DNA from: an uncultured delta proteobacterium
GTDB lineage: Bacteria > Desulfobacterota > RBG-13-43-22
Length of the DNA stretch: 64,000 nt
Direction of reading: 5' to 3'
Assembly (NCBI GenBank): GCA_963743305.1
Contig: CAVUPH010000013.1
Span: forward strand, 230,903-294,902
The notes under the pieces were generated by a model, which saw only the letters and a program-made list of their open reading frames with translations, had not been told where the DNA came from and ran no database searches. The position numbers and the translations under genes are program-made. Positions 51,367 to 61,198 of this stretch are shown in pieces. Numbering within the stretch: position 1 is the first letter of the stretch; the number at the start of each line of letters is the position of its first letter.

Positions 51367-51646
51367 GGGTTAATAACCTGGAAGAAGAAGTATTAATAAA
51401 TGGTCCAAAATAATACGAACTTCCTGGATCATCCGAGCGTCAGTCCCGCAGCGTCTTCTGAGGGAGGAATCCAGGCTCTTGCTCACGAAACATTGGATCC
51501 CCGATAACGCATTCGGGGATGACTGGTATTAAACTAAATAAAATTACAAATAAATGACCTTTTGTCCAAATAAAGTTTCCTCGTGGCTCGACCCCAGCAA
51601 ACAGCCAATGCTTTTATGCCGGCCTTGATATAACTGGCCTATCCGC

Positions 51647-51682
51647 TTGACAATATTATTATGGTCAGTATAATGACCATAA
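51647..51682 (+). promoter_or_regulatory. TA promoter with operator palindrome
   Basis: TTGACA-N16-TATAAT; the inverted repeat TTATGGTCA-N6-TGACCATAA straddles the -10. Confidence 0.8.
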
Positions 51683-51700
51683 ATGAAATGGAGGACCGAT

Positions 51701-51970
51701 ATGCAAATCATCCAGGACTACATTCCAGTGACCAAGGCTAAAAGCGACTTGCTATACTTAATCCGCAAACTCGAGGATTCCGACGATGCCATTGCGATTA
51801 CCAAAAACGGGACCCCGGAGGCAGTACTGATCAGCATGAGAAGATTTAAGGGACTCCTCGAAACCATCGATATCCTGTCCGATGAACAGGCCATGAAATC
51901 CCTTCGAAAATCCATCCGGGAGGCCAACCGGGGGAAATGGGTCGAGTTCGATGAGGTTTTCGGGCAATGA
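51701..51970 (+). CDS. Phd/YefM-family antitoxin
   Basis: IPVTKAKSDL, AITKNGTPEAVLIS, LLETIDILSD. Confidence 0.9.
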   Translation: MQIIQDYIPVTKAKSDLLYLIRKLEDSDDAIAITKNGTPEAVLISMRRFKGLLETIDILSDEQAMKSLRKSIREANRGKWVEFDEVFGQ

Positions 51971-52257
51971 AGGAATACCGGGTTCGTTTCACTCCGGAGG
52001 CGGCCCAATGTATTTCCCGGCTGCATCCCGATCACAAGAGGATCATACGAGACGCCCTGGACCAACTTCGTCAAGGACCTTACGCCGGCGATGATTTGCA
52101 GGAAGAACTGGCCGAATTCAAATCCCTCAAACCGAAAAGGTTCCGGATTATTTACACCGTCGACGACGATCACCAGATGGTCAAGGTCTATTATGTCGGT
52201 CACCGGAGAGACGTCTATGACCAATTCCGGCTTCTGCTGAACAAGTTAAAACCCTAG
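51967..52257 (+). CDS. RelE/ParE-family toxin
   Basis: YRVRFTPEA, FRIIYTVDD, VGHRRDVY; ATGA overlap with the antitoxin. Confidence 0.88.
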   Translation: MKEYRVRFTPEAAQCISRLHPDHKRIIRDALDQLRQGPYAGDDLQEELAEFKSLKPKRFRIIYTVDDDHQMVKVYYVGHRRDVYDQFRLLLNKLKP

Positions 52258-52313
52258 CCAAAAATTGTTGAAATTTTTGGCTGGAGATAAATTCTCGGCC
52301 TCAAACCCGGGCC

Positions 52314-52649
52314 TCACCCAAGGATTTCAGGGATTCGGGCCAGGTAATCTTTCCAGGGAAGAACGAGGACTTCTTCAATCCGGTAAGGATGTTCCACGCG
52401 GGCGATGACATGGAGGGGTACTTTTGGATATTCTTTGTGAAAAGACCGGAGTCCGCTCAGATGCGGTCCGGCTATCTGGGTCGTGGATTTTATCTCGAAG
52501 GCTCCAACCAGTTCACCATCTGGAGAAGGTCAATTTTCCAGGTATGTTTCTCGAATACGGCGTTCACCAGGGTACTCTTGCCGGTTTGGCGGGGGCCAAA
52601 AAGTGAAAAAAGATTGATTTTCCGGAAGCTTGCATAACCTGGGAATCAT
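52314..52649 (-). pseudogene. AAA_14/DUF4143 ATPase reduced to N- and C-terminal ends (not in ORF track)
   Basis: MIPRLCKLPENQSFF/LFGPRQTGKSTLV..WKIDLL is joined to GAFEIKSTT..HLSGLRSF..VLVLPWKDYL..G*. The central portion is absent. Confidence 0.72.
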
Positions 52650-52734
52650 GATGCAGGATTGTACAGTAATCTGGCATCGATGTAAACATTAATTAAATAA
52701 TCTAAGAGTTCAACAAGTTATGTCTTATTGAATT

Positions 52735-52763
52735 GTGGATCCGCTTCGCTTGATCCACCCTAC
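52735..52763 (-). repeat. GTAG REP-like palindrome, family 2
   Basis: Minus strand GTAGGGTGGATCAAGCGAAGCGGATCCAC; matches 4776-4805. Confidence 0.72.
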
Positions 52764-52816
52764 AGCGACTGCAGTCACGTTGTTTCTTCCCTCTTCCCTC
52801 TTCCTTCTTCTATCTT

Positions 52817-54807
52817 CTATTTGAGCCCCGCCCGGCGCAGGGCTTCAATGTAGTGATCCAATTTGTCCTGATTTTTATGCGAAACGGACCGGGCATACGT
52901 TTCGACAGGGAGAACTTGGGGATTTATTCTTAGAACCTCTTCGGCTTCGGCCCGGGCTTCCTGCGTCGCGTCCCATTAAACTGTACGTAGCCGCCAGACC
53001 AAGGTGAGCCAGGATACTGTCGGGTGAGACGCGTAATGACCTTCTTGTATTGGGTGACGGCTTCCGGATATTGCCCAAGAAATCGATAGGTGTGCCCTAA
53101 ATTGTGAAAGTAAAATGGCGGTCCGTTGGGATTGAGGCGGATTGCCTTTTCAAGCATAGGGTATGGCTTCCCGGGGCTTGTCTGAGTAGTTAAGAATGAG
53201 ACCGAGCCAGGCATGGGCATCCGCTCCCCCGGGATCGAGGGCCACCGCCCGTTCCCCTTCGGCAATGGCCTTGTCGTAATCTTTCTTCAACAGAGAGAGG
53301 AACCCCAGATAGGCATAGGGGCGGGAATCCTGAGGGTCCAGGGAAATTGCTTTCTGCGCCAGGTCAACAGCTTTGTCAATTGATTCCTTAGGAGATTCTG
53401 CGTAAACCCAAGCGACACATCCAGAAAATAGGTGACACAGAGAATGGTGTAAGCGTCCTGAAAATTCAGGATCTAAGGCAATGGCTTCCTCCGCCAACTG
53501 CTTTCCGACGGTCATTCCCCTCTTTAGTGTAGCGCTGCATGTTGGCCTGGGCCTGCAAGGTTTTCAAAAATGCCTCCAGATTCCGTGGGGGTTTTATCCT
53601 CAGAGCTTGTTCCCCTTCCGTCAGTTTCACCCGCATGGAGATCAGGATGTTCATGGTGATTTCATCCTGCACGGCAAAGATGTCCTTCAGATTACCGGTC
53701 ATACCGTTCCGCCCAAAGGTGATTACCGGTCAGCGCGTCGATCAATTGGGCCGTAATCCGGACTCGGTCCCCGGATTTTTGAACACTGCCCTCCAGGACA
53801 TAGCGGACTCCCAGGTCTTCACTGACCTGCTTGACGGTTACCGGTTTCCCTTTTTTGTAGACGAAGGTCGATTTGCGGGCGATCACAAATAGCCGGGGAA
53901 TTTTGGAAAGGGCGGTAATGACGGATTCCGTGATGCCGTCGCTGAAGATACTCCTGCTGGGGGTCGCCGCTCAGGTTCTCAAAGGGAAGCACGGCGAGGG
54001 AAGGCTTGTCAGGCAGCGGATAGGCCATCCTTTCAATAGCAGCGACCGGCAGCGGAGCCGGCTTGGAAGACCGTTTTCCAGATGGCCCAACGTGACCACT
54101 GCCAGAACCAACAGGGACGGCGACCATCCAGGCCACCCGACGATACCGGTTTGGCCGGGGTGTCGGGCTTTCCTCCACCCGGGGCGCTTGAACCCGGGGT
54201 TCCTCCAAAACCGGCTGTCGGGTTCGGCTTCGGTTTTTCTTCCCCACCCTGGAGACCGGCCAGGAAGCTTTCCCAGGCCTCCTCGTTCCGTAAGTCCCCA
54301 TAGGTAATGACGATATCGTCTAAATTGCCTCCTATTTTGTCGATGGCGAACTTGAGCCGGACGTTTTCCTCGCTCCCGATGTAGGCAAAAAGATTGGCCC
54401 AACGGTCTTTTTCCGAGTTCGGTGAATTGATAGGCTTTCCCATTCACCCCATCAAATTCTTTTTTGCCTCCCAGGACCTTGAAAAGCGGGGCCTCCTCCA
54501 GGTTGGGGAGGGCATGCTTCCATTTCCGGTAGATCCGGGGCAGGAGGTTCTCCTTCTCGGACGATCCGGCCGAACCGCCGACCGTCTCGTTCAGCAAAGC
54601 CAGCAGGCCCAGGTGTTCTTCGAGGGAAATGGGAACGACTTTCCCTCTTTTTTTCATCTCCATAACGACCAGGGCGATCAGGGAGAGATAAAACTTTCGT
54701 GAAGGGGTGTTGAAATGAAGGGACAAGGCCATCTTGTCTTTAAGATGGATATGGAGTTTGAATTCGGTCAGGTCGATTCTTACGGGGTGGTCGACATTTT
54801 CAGCCAT
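52817..54807 (-). pseudogene. TM-TolB-like-TPR protein with an unrecognised N-terminal domain in place of a cyclase; many frameshifts
   Basis: Fragments PDKPSLAVLPF, IARKSTF, RVRITAQLIDA and TPRs, ending EALRRAGLK* at 52817. The C-terminal half is closely paralogous to 57110-58999. Confidence 0.78.
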
Positions 54808-54878
54808 TATTTTTCCCCCTCGAATCTATTTGAAAAGACTAAAGATTTTGACAAAAACCGGAATGATCGAAAAAAAGT

Positions 54879-54898
54879 CTGACGGTACGTACGGTCAG
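54879..54898. promoter_or_regulatory. 20-bp palindrome, operator candidate in a divergent promoter region
   Basis: CTGACGGTACGTACGGTCAG (one mismatched pair), adjacent to the IHF-consensus-like TATCAAAGAGTTA. Confidence 0.5.
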
Positions 54899-55139
54899 TT
54901 ATTCTATCAAAGAGTTAAATAAATTCAATAGAAAACCAAATAGTTACGGGATGAACTCCGGGAAGAATCTCAAAAACTCTTGAAAGCGCGTCGAGATTCT
55001 TCGCTTCGTTCAGACAGGAGCGAATTCTTGCCTGCCAACCAAAGGAGATGATTACAAAAAACTATCAAGAAAGGCCACCAGTCTTTTGCAGCCCAGGGAT
55101 TCAGGCATTGATCGGCGGAGGTCCACCATGTCAGTTACT

Positions 55140-55281
55140 GCGGCAGCAAAAGTATCTTAACCTGGAAGATCTGGGAGGTAAGCACTGCACCCGGGTAAAC
55201 CGGATCGCCGTCAGGCGAAAGGTCCTTTCCGACGGAGACCGGATTCATATCGGCCGGGCGGAACTGGTGTTCAAGACGTGA
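55140..55281 (+). pseudogene. FHA-domain C-terminal remnant
   Basis: LEDLGGKHCTRVN..VRRKVLSDGDRIHIGRAELVF resembles DLGSxNGTxVN...LxDGDxIxIG. Confidence 0.55.
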
Positions 55282-55306
55282 GTCAGAGAAAGGACGGTGA
55301 GGCGAT

Positions 55307-55747
55307 ATGTTTAAAAGACGAGGGGTTGCGCTATCGGGTTTGGTGGTCATGGTTTTCTTTCTAACGATCGCTCAGGCCCGGGCCGAAGAGCGAGGATGGA
55401 AAAAGACCCTTACCCTCCCGAATGGCGAGGTGGTTTGCGACTTAAATGGAGAGTGGGATTTTCTGTGGATGGGCCGTGGAGAACTCAAAGCCCTGGGTCA
55501 TATGGCTGATGCCCTGCAAATAACACAACGAGGGAATTCGATTGAAGGGGTACGAATGATCGGAGATCCGGTTATGCCTAAGGGTTCGTTAGCACTGATA
55601 GGCGAACTCGACCAAAACGGATTTAAGAAGTTGATCTTTATAGGAGCAAGAGGAAGCGGTCCCGCTAGAGGCAAAATCAGCCAAGATGGGAATACGATAG
55701 AAATTAAAGTAGGCAATACTTTTGATGGGGACCTTACCAGAAGATGA
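55307..55747 (+). CDS. Exported hypothetical protein
   Basis: Signal peptide (AQARA), GAGG RBS, VCDLNGEWD. Confidence 0.75.
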   Translation: MFKRRGVALSGLVVMVFFLTIAQARAEERGWKKTLTLPNGEVVCDLNGEWDFLWMGRGELKALGHMADALQITQRGNSIEGVRMIGDPVMPKGSLALIGELDQNGFKKLIFIGARGSGPARGKISQDGNTIEIKVGNTFDGDLTRR

Positions 55748-55831
55748 GTAATTTTTATTCCGAAAGAAAGCTTTGCTCTTTTCGTGGGCAGTAGGCGTTT
55801 TCATTCAATGTTCCCTACACGGAGAAAGACA

Positions 55832-57070
55832 ATGAAAATGGAAAGAGCCATATCTTTCGCCTTGATCTTGGGCCTGGCCGTAATGTTTCCCGTTCCGGCT
55901 TCCGCTTTTAAGATCGAAAGCCCCAAAGAAACCTTATTCCAATTTGGTGCCTGGATCGCCACCGATTTAGGGGTCTGGTATCGAAGCAAAGAATTACGGA
56001 ACGGAAAAAGCGACAACACGCAAACGATTTTAGACCTTCCCCGCTGGAGCCGCCTCTACGGTGTGCTGGAAGTCGGTGATGTGGGAGCCTATTGGGAACT
56101 TCGCCTGGGGGGCAATCAACAATTGTCCAATTTAGGTATTTTCCCCTATGCCGACGGGTATTATTTTCTTGATAGCGCGAAAATTTATGGGTGGTATACA
56201 TTCGGGAACTGCACCATACTGGCCGGCAAGACCGATGGCCACATATATTCTGTGATCCCTTATCAGGTTTTAGGGTGGGATAACGGTGCTCACTCAGGCG
56301 GTTTCGGGTGGGGCAGTATTTTTGATCAACGTGACACTCAGGTTCGTTTCTCCCAGAATGTATCCAGGGCTTTTAGTTATGACATCTCTCTGGTACAGCC
56401 CATGTACTATCAAGACAACGGCACCCTAACCCAAGGGACCCCAGGAGCCGCCGCTGCTGTTCAATCCTATGCTTCAATCCCCCTCCTGGCTGCCAAACTC
56501 CTGATAAACTTTACTTGGTTATCCCTGATGCCGGCCGGCTACATCCAATATGTCAAATGGGATAATTTGCCGGCGACACCCCTGAAAACCACCCCTGATG
56601 ACCATATGACCTCCTGGGCGGTGGTGCTGCCGATCGTGGTTAAGGCCGGGGCCTTTAAGGGCACCTTTCAGGGCGCCTATGGTGAAAACATGGGGTCGCG
56701 CCTTTTTGTGGCTGGGGGCCCATTAGGCATGCAGAGCATCTATCATGGCTATGGGAGAACTCCTGCCGGCGCTATTAAGAACACCCGGGGCATGAACGCC
56801 TTTTTGGATTTGGGTTATACCTACGGTCCGTTTACACCGCACATCTATTTCGGTTGGGATAAGGCCCAGAACTCCGACATTTATGTTTTTGGCGAAGACT
56901 ACAATCAACGTATTATGTACGGCGTAAGCGTCAACTGGAAGATCGCCTATAACTTCTACCTGGTCCCGGAATTGACCTTCTACAACTATGGCAAGGACCC
57001 CACCAAACCCAAAAACCCCGACCTCGGGACGGAATGGTTAGGTGGTGTAGTCTTCCTGTTTGTTTTTTAA
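55832..57070 (+). CDS. Probable outer-membrane beta-barrel/porin
   Basis: Signal peptide (ASA), amphipathic aromatic-rich strands, C-terminal GVVFLFVF (terminal Phe). Confidence 0.72.
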   Translation: MKMERAISFALILGLAVMFPVPASAFKIESPKETLFQFGAWIATDLGVWYRSKELRNGKSDNTQTILDLPRWSRLYGVLEVGDVGAYWELRLGGNQQLSNLGIFPYADGYYFLDSAKIYGWYTFGNCTILAGKTDGHIYSVIPYQVLGWDNGAHSGGFGWGSIFDQRDTQVRFSQNVSRAFSYDISLVQPMYYQDNGTLTQGTPGAAAAVQSYASIPLLAAKLLINFTWLSLMPAGYIQYVKWDNLPATPLKTTPDDHMTSWAVVLPIVVKAGAFKGTFQGAYGENMGSRLFVAGGPLGMQSIYHGYGRTPAGAIKNTRGMNAFLDLGYTYGPFTPHIYFGWDKAQNSDIYVFGEDYNQRIMYGVSVNWKIAYNFYLVPELTFYNYGKDPTKPKNPDLGTEWLGGVVFLFVF

Positions 57071-57109
57071 GCTTCCTTGAATTACCCGACACTTCCTGGA
57101 GGTGGTCGC

Positions 57110-58999
57110 GTGATCCCGGATCAAATAAAACGTAAGCTCACGGCCATTCTGAGTGCGGATGTCAAGGGATACAGCCGCCTCATGGGCGAGGATGAGGAAG
57201 GGACCATCCGTGTCCTAAAGGCCCATCTGGAGGTTATATCCAGGCATATCCAGCAGCATCAGGGACGCATCGTTTCCACCGGGGGGGACAGTGTCCTGGC
57301 CGAATTTTTCAGCGTGGTGGATGCCGTTCGCTGCGCAGTGAAGATTCAGAAAGAGCTCCAGGAGCGGAATAAGACGGTAGTGGAAAGTCGACGGTTGGAG
57401 TTTCGGATGGGGGTCAATCTGGGCGATGTGGTCGAGGAAGGCGACACTATTTTGGGGGACGGGGTCAATATCGCAGCCAGATTGGAGGGCCTGGCAGAGG
57501 CGGGAGGCATTTGCATCTCAGGAACTGCTTTTGACCAGGTGAGGAACAAATTAGACATCGGATATGAATATATCGGTGAGCAAACCGTTAAGAATATCGC
57601 CTTGCCAGTCCGCGTCTATAAAGTCCTGACAGAGCCTGAGGCCGCCGGCAAGGTGATCGGAGAGAAAAAGCCTGGAAGGATAAGGTTATCCCGAGCCGTT
57701 CTGGCCGGAATAGCCCTGGTGGTGATCGCCGGGGCGGCCGCCCTCTATCAGTTTGCCCTTCGTCCTGAGGCCCCCAAGACGGAAGTGGCCTCCAAAGAAA
57801 AGATGGCCTTTCCCCTGCCCGACAAACCCTCTATCGCCGTGCTGCCTTTTGTCAACCTGAGCGGGGACCCAAAACAGGAGTTCTTTAGCGATGGGATCAC
57901 CGAAGACATCATAACCGGCCTTTCCAAGGTACCCAGGCTGTTTGTGATCGCCCGAAATTCGACCTTCACCTACAAGGGAAAACCGGTGAAAGTCAAGCAG
58001 GTGAGCGAAGAGCTTGGGGTTCGGTATGTTTTGGAGGGCAGTGTTCAGAGGTCCGGCGACCGCGTTCGGATTACGGCGCAATTGATCGATGCCCTCACCG
58101 GACATCACCTTCGGGCCGAGCGCTACGAGAGTAATCTGAAAGACCTATTTGCCCTGCAGGATGAGGTTACGATGAAGATACTAACGGCCATGCAGGTGGA
58201 ACTGACGGAAGGAGATCAAGCCCTGGGTGGAAAACCCCCACGGAATCTTGAGGCATATTTTAAAATCTTACAAGCCAAAGAGTACATAGCGCGCGTCACT
58301 AAAGAGGGGAATACTAAGGGAAAGCGATTTGCAGAGGAAGCCATTGCTTTAGATCCTGAATTTTCAGGCGGTTACGCATTGCTGTGTATGGCTAATTTTT
58401 TGGATGTGTCGCTTGGTTTAAGTAGATCTCCTAAGGAATCAATTGATAAAGCCGTTGAACTGGCTCAGAAAGCAATTTCCCTGGAACCTAAGGGAGCATT
58501 CCCCTATGCCCTTCTGGGGTACCTCTATACTATGAAGAAAGATCACGACAAGGCCATTGCCGAGGGGGAACGGGCGGTTGCCCTTAATCCGGGGGGAGCG
58601 GATGCCCATGCCTGGCTCGGTATCAGCCTTACCTATGCAGATAAGCCCAAGGATGCCATTCCCCTATTTGAAAAGGCGATCCGCCTTAATCCCAACGGTC
58701 CAGCATTTTACTTTCACAATTTTGGGCACGCCTATCGATTTGCAGGGCAGTATCCGGAAGCCATCACGCAATACAAGAAAGCGTTACGCGTCGCACCCAC
58801 CAATATCTTGGCTCATCTTGGTCTGGCCGCTACATATAGTTTATTGGGACGCGATGCGGAAGCTCGTGCCGAAGCCGAATACGTTCTAAGAATAAATCCT
58901 AAGTTCTCTGTCGAATCTTATGCCAGGACAGTTCCGCATAAAAATCAAGCTCAAATGGATCGCTACATTGAAGCACTGCGCAAGGCGGGGCTGAAGTGA
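57110..58999 (+). CDS. Class III adenylate/guanylate cyclase-TM-TolB-like-TPR protein
   Basis: RKLTAILSADVKGYS, GGDS, GDGVNIAARL, TM helix, PDKPSIAVLPF, TPRs, LRKAGLK; GTG start after GGAGG. Confidence 0.92.
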   Translation: MIPDQIKRKLTAILSADVKGYSRLMGEDEEGTIRVLKAHLEVISRHIQQHQGRIVSTGGDSVLAEFFSVVDAVRCAVKIQKELQERNKTVVESRRLEFRMGVNLGDVVEEGDTILGDGVNIAARLEGLAEAGGICISGTAFDQVRNKLDIGYEYIGEQTVKNIALPVRVYKVLTEPEAAGKVIGEKKPGRIRLSRAVLAGIALVVIAGAAALYQFALRPEAPKTEVASKEKMAFPLPDKPSIAVLPFVNLSGDPKQEFFSDGITEDIITGLSKVPRLFVIARNSTFTYKGKPVKVKQVSEELGVRYVLEGSVQRSGDRVRITAQLIDALTGHHLRAERYESNLKDLFALQDEVTMKILTAMQVELTEGDQALGGKPPRNLEAYFKILQAKEYIARVTKEGNTKGKRFAEEAIALDPEFSGGYALLCMANFLDVSLGLSRSPKESIDKAVELAQKAISLEPKGAFPYALLGYLYTMKKDHDKAIAEGERAVALNPGGADAHAWLGISLTYADKPKDAIPLFEKAIRLNPNGPAFYFHNFGHAYRFAGQYPEAITQYKKALRVAPTNILAHLGLAATYSLLGRDAEARAEAEYVLRINPKFSVESYARTVPHKNQAQMDRYIEALRKAGLK

Positions 59000-59232
59000 A
59001 CTTGTATCGGGGTCAGGGCTTTTATCTTGGTGCTGGTAAGAGGGATTCCAAAACAACTTATTTAGGAAGTCTTCAGGAGGGCCAAGCCTCCATGGAGGCT
59101 TTTTTTAGCTTAACTGCCCACAAAAGCAATAATTCTTCATTAAAAGGAGGAAAAAGAACGAGAGTCACGAAGAGGATTTAGTTCCGCTCGGGATGTTGTG
59201 AAAATAACTTCACCCCTTTGAGAAACCCACGT

Positions 59233-60333
59233 TTACTTGGGGATGATTTCTAGGCGAATCGAAACCAGCCCATTTTGGGTTGGAGGGAGTAGCCCTTTTC
59301 CCTGGACTTCCCCCAGGGAGTTCAACTGATCGAGGAGTTTTGGGATTGTTGGAGAAGCTACGGCGGCGGTAATGATTTCCATCTCCGGCGCTGTCTCCCG
59401 GTGGACATCCCTGGCGCCAGCCTGTTGAAGCAGGTTCAGGGCCTTTTGGGCGGCCTCCCGGACATCCCGAACCTGAATGGTAATCCCTGTCGGCGTGGAT
59501 TTTAAAACGGTGGTTTGACTGAACGTTGAGCGGTCCGAGGCCGATTTACTCTTCTCTTCCCTTGATTCAACGACTCCCGGTTGCGCCTGATCTTTTTCTT
59601 TTGCGGCCGCCCCCAGGGCCGGGGCCGTTTTGCTTTCCATTGGTTCCGTTTTCTTCCGAGGGGCACCGGGAGTTCTGGGCTCTTCCCCTTTATTGGCGGG
59701 AAGCGCATTCGTGATTTCCCTTGCGGGCTGCTCCGGGGATCGGGCCACCAGAGGTAACTTCTCCTCCGGTTTATCCCTCAAACCTCCTGATCCGGACAGT
59801 TGGTGAGCATCCTGCTCTTTTCCCGGGAGACCGCTGGCTGTGGTTTTGGTTTCCAGGGATGGGGGGGGTATCGGGGCTGTCGGGGCGGCGGGAACCGGGG
59901 AGATCTCCTTTCCCTTCTCCCGATAAGCAAAATCCTTGGGGATGGGCGGAACCGATTCCGAAGGCGCCCTGAAGAGCGGCATCTCCGGGCCGGTGGCTTT
60001 AAAGACATAGACGGCCAGAACTACTACCAGGATGGAAGCCACCGCCTCCAGAGGAATTTTAATATGGAGGGGATAAAACAATTTTCTGAGGAGACCCCTA
60101 TTACCTTCGGCTTCTTCCCGGACCCGGGCCATGACCTTCCGGGTGAACCAGGGAGGGGGATCGACCTCTTGAAGACAGCCCAAAAGGTCCCGGGTCTTGT
60201 TCAGGTCCTGGAGGGCCAGGCGGCAGGACACACAGGATCGAAGGTGGTCTTCCAGGTCCTTTTTGTCCGGCCCGGAGATCAGCCCTTCCTGGTACGCCGG
60301 GAGTCTTTTCTCGAAATCCGGGCAAGGGTTCAT
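59233..60333 (-). CDS. Zinc-finger (HxxxCxxC) transmembrane anti-sigma factor, DUF2275-like
   Basis: HLRSCVSC, PPPWFTRKVMARV, KLFYPLHIKIPL plus a TM helix; overlaps the sigma gene stop. Confidence 0.85.
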   Translation of the reverse strand: MNPCPDFEKRLPAYQEGLISGPDKKDLEDHLRSCVSCRLALQDLNKTRDLLGCLQEVDPPPWFTRKVMARVREEAEGNRGLLRKLFYPLHIKIPLEAVASILVVVLAVYVFKATGPEMPLFRAPSESVPPIPKDFAYREKGKEISPVPAAPTAPIPPPSLETKTTASGLPGKEQDAHQLSGSGGLRDKPEEKLPLVARSPEQPAREITNALPANKGEEPRTPGAPRKKTEPMESKTAPALGAAAKEKDQAQPGVVESREEKSKSASDRSTFSQTTVLKSTPTGITIQVRDVREAAQKALNLLQQAGARDVHRETAPEMEIITAAVASPTIPKLLDQLNSLGEVQGKGLLPPTQNGLVSIRLEIIPK

Positions 60334-61001
60334 AGGTCACCAAAACCTTTTTTTAGACAATTCTTGACGGACTCCCTGGCCCGGAAAAGACGGGATTTGA
60401 TCGTCCCCTCGGGGAGTTGAAGGGTTTGCCGGATCTCCTCATAGGAATGTCCCAGGATATCGCGGAGGACCAGCACTTCCCGGTACCCCTCGTCCAGTTG
60501 ATTGATGCATCCCTGAACTTTTTCCTCAATTTCTTTTTTTTCCAGTTGGTCCAGGACCGAGGCCTCCAGGGACGGAGGATCGGGGTCCAACCGTGCCGAC
60601 CCTGAATCTGAAGGGTCATCGAGGGACCTCGAATGAAGACGATCCCGCGAGGCGATCCGCCTCAACCGGTTCCTGGCCTGATTGAGCACGATGCCATAGA
60701 GCCAGCTCGAAAATTTAGCCTCACCTCTAAATTTGCTGATGGCGCGAAAGGCGGAGAGAAAGGCCTCCTGAACCGCGTCACAGGCCTCTTCGTAATCCCC
60801 AAGCACCCGAAAAGCGAGGTTGAGCATCTTCTTCTGGTACTTTTCCACCAGGGCTTCAAAGGCCCGGAGATCTCCCTTTTGAGCCGACCGCACCAGGGAT
60901 TCATCTTCATCGGCCATCGGCCGGATTATTCCAGCCTTAATATTAGACCTGTCCACCGGCTGGTTTGTTCCCGGGTTTTCAAGGGCATTCGTGGTCTCCA
61001 A
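60330..61001 (-). CDS. ECF RNA polymerase sigma factor
   Basis: GDLRAFEALV, DAVQEAF, FSSWLYGI, SYEEI, GTIKSRLFRAR. The true start may be 60917. Confidence 0.92.
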   Translation of the reverse strand: METTNALENPGTNQPVDRSNIKAGIIRPMADEDESLVRSAQKGDLRAFEALVEKYQKKMLNLAFRVLGDYEEACDAVQEAFLSAFRAISKFRGEAKFSSWLYGIVLNQARNRLRRIASRDRLHSRSLDDPSDSGSARLDPDPPSLEASVLDQLEKKEIEEKVQGCINQLDEGYREVLVLRDILGHSYEEIRQTLQLPEGTIKSRLFRARESVKNCLKKGFGDL

Positions 61002-61198
61002 ATAGTGACAACAGCCTATAACGTCATTCCCGCAGCGTTTTTCCCATAAAGATCCAGGGCGGCCGCCGCCTGGATAGCGGGGGAGCCAAGCAACAGGTAA
61101 ACAAACATAACCGGAAGCCGATAAGCCGTGTATTTCATTGAAATGATTTTATCACAATTTGTTTTATAATATAGAATCTTTATGTTACAAGACTACCT

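Noticed and set aside
55832-57070. Porin as the transporter for YLPLILR-tagged proteins
   Set aside because: No evidence beyond being in the same window; it lies more than 15 kb from the nearest tagged gene.
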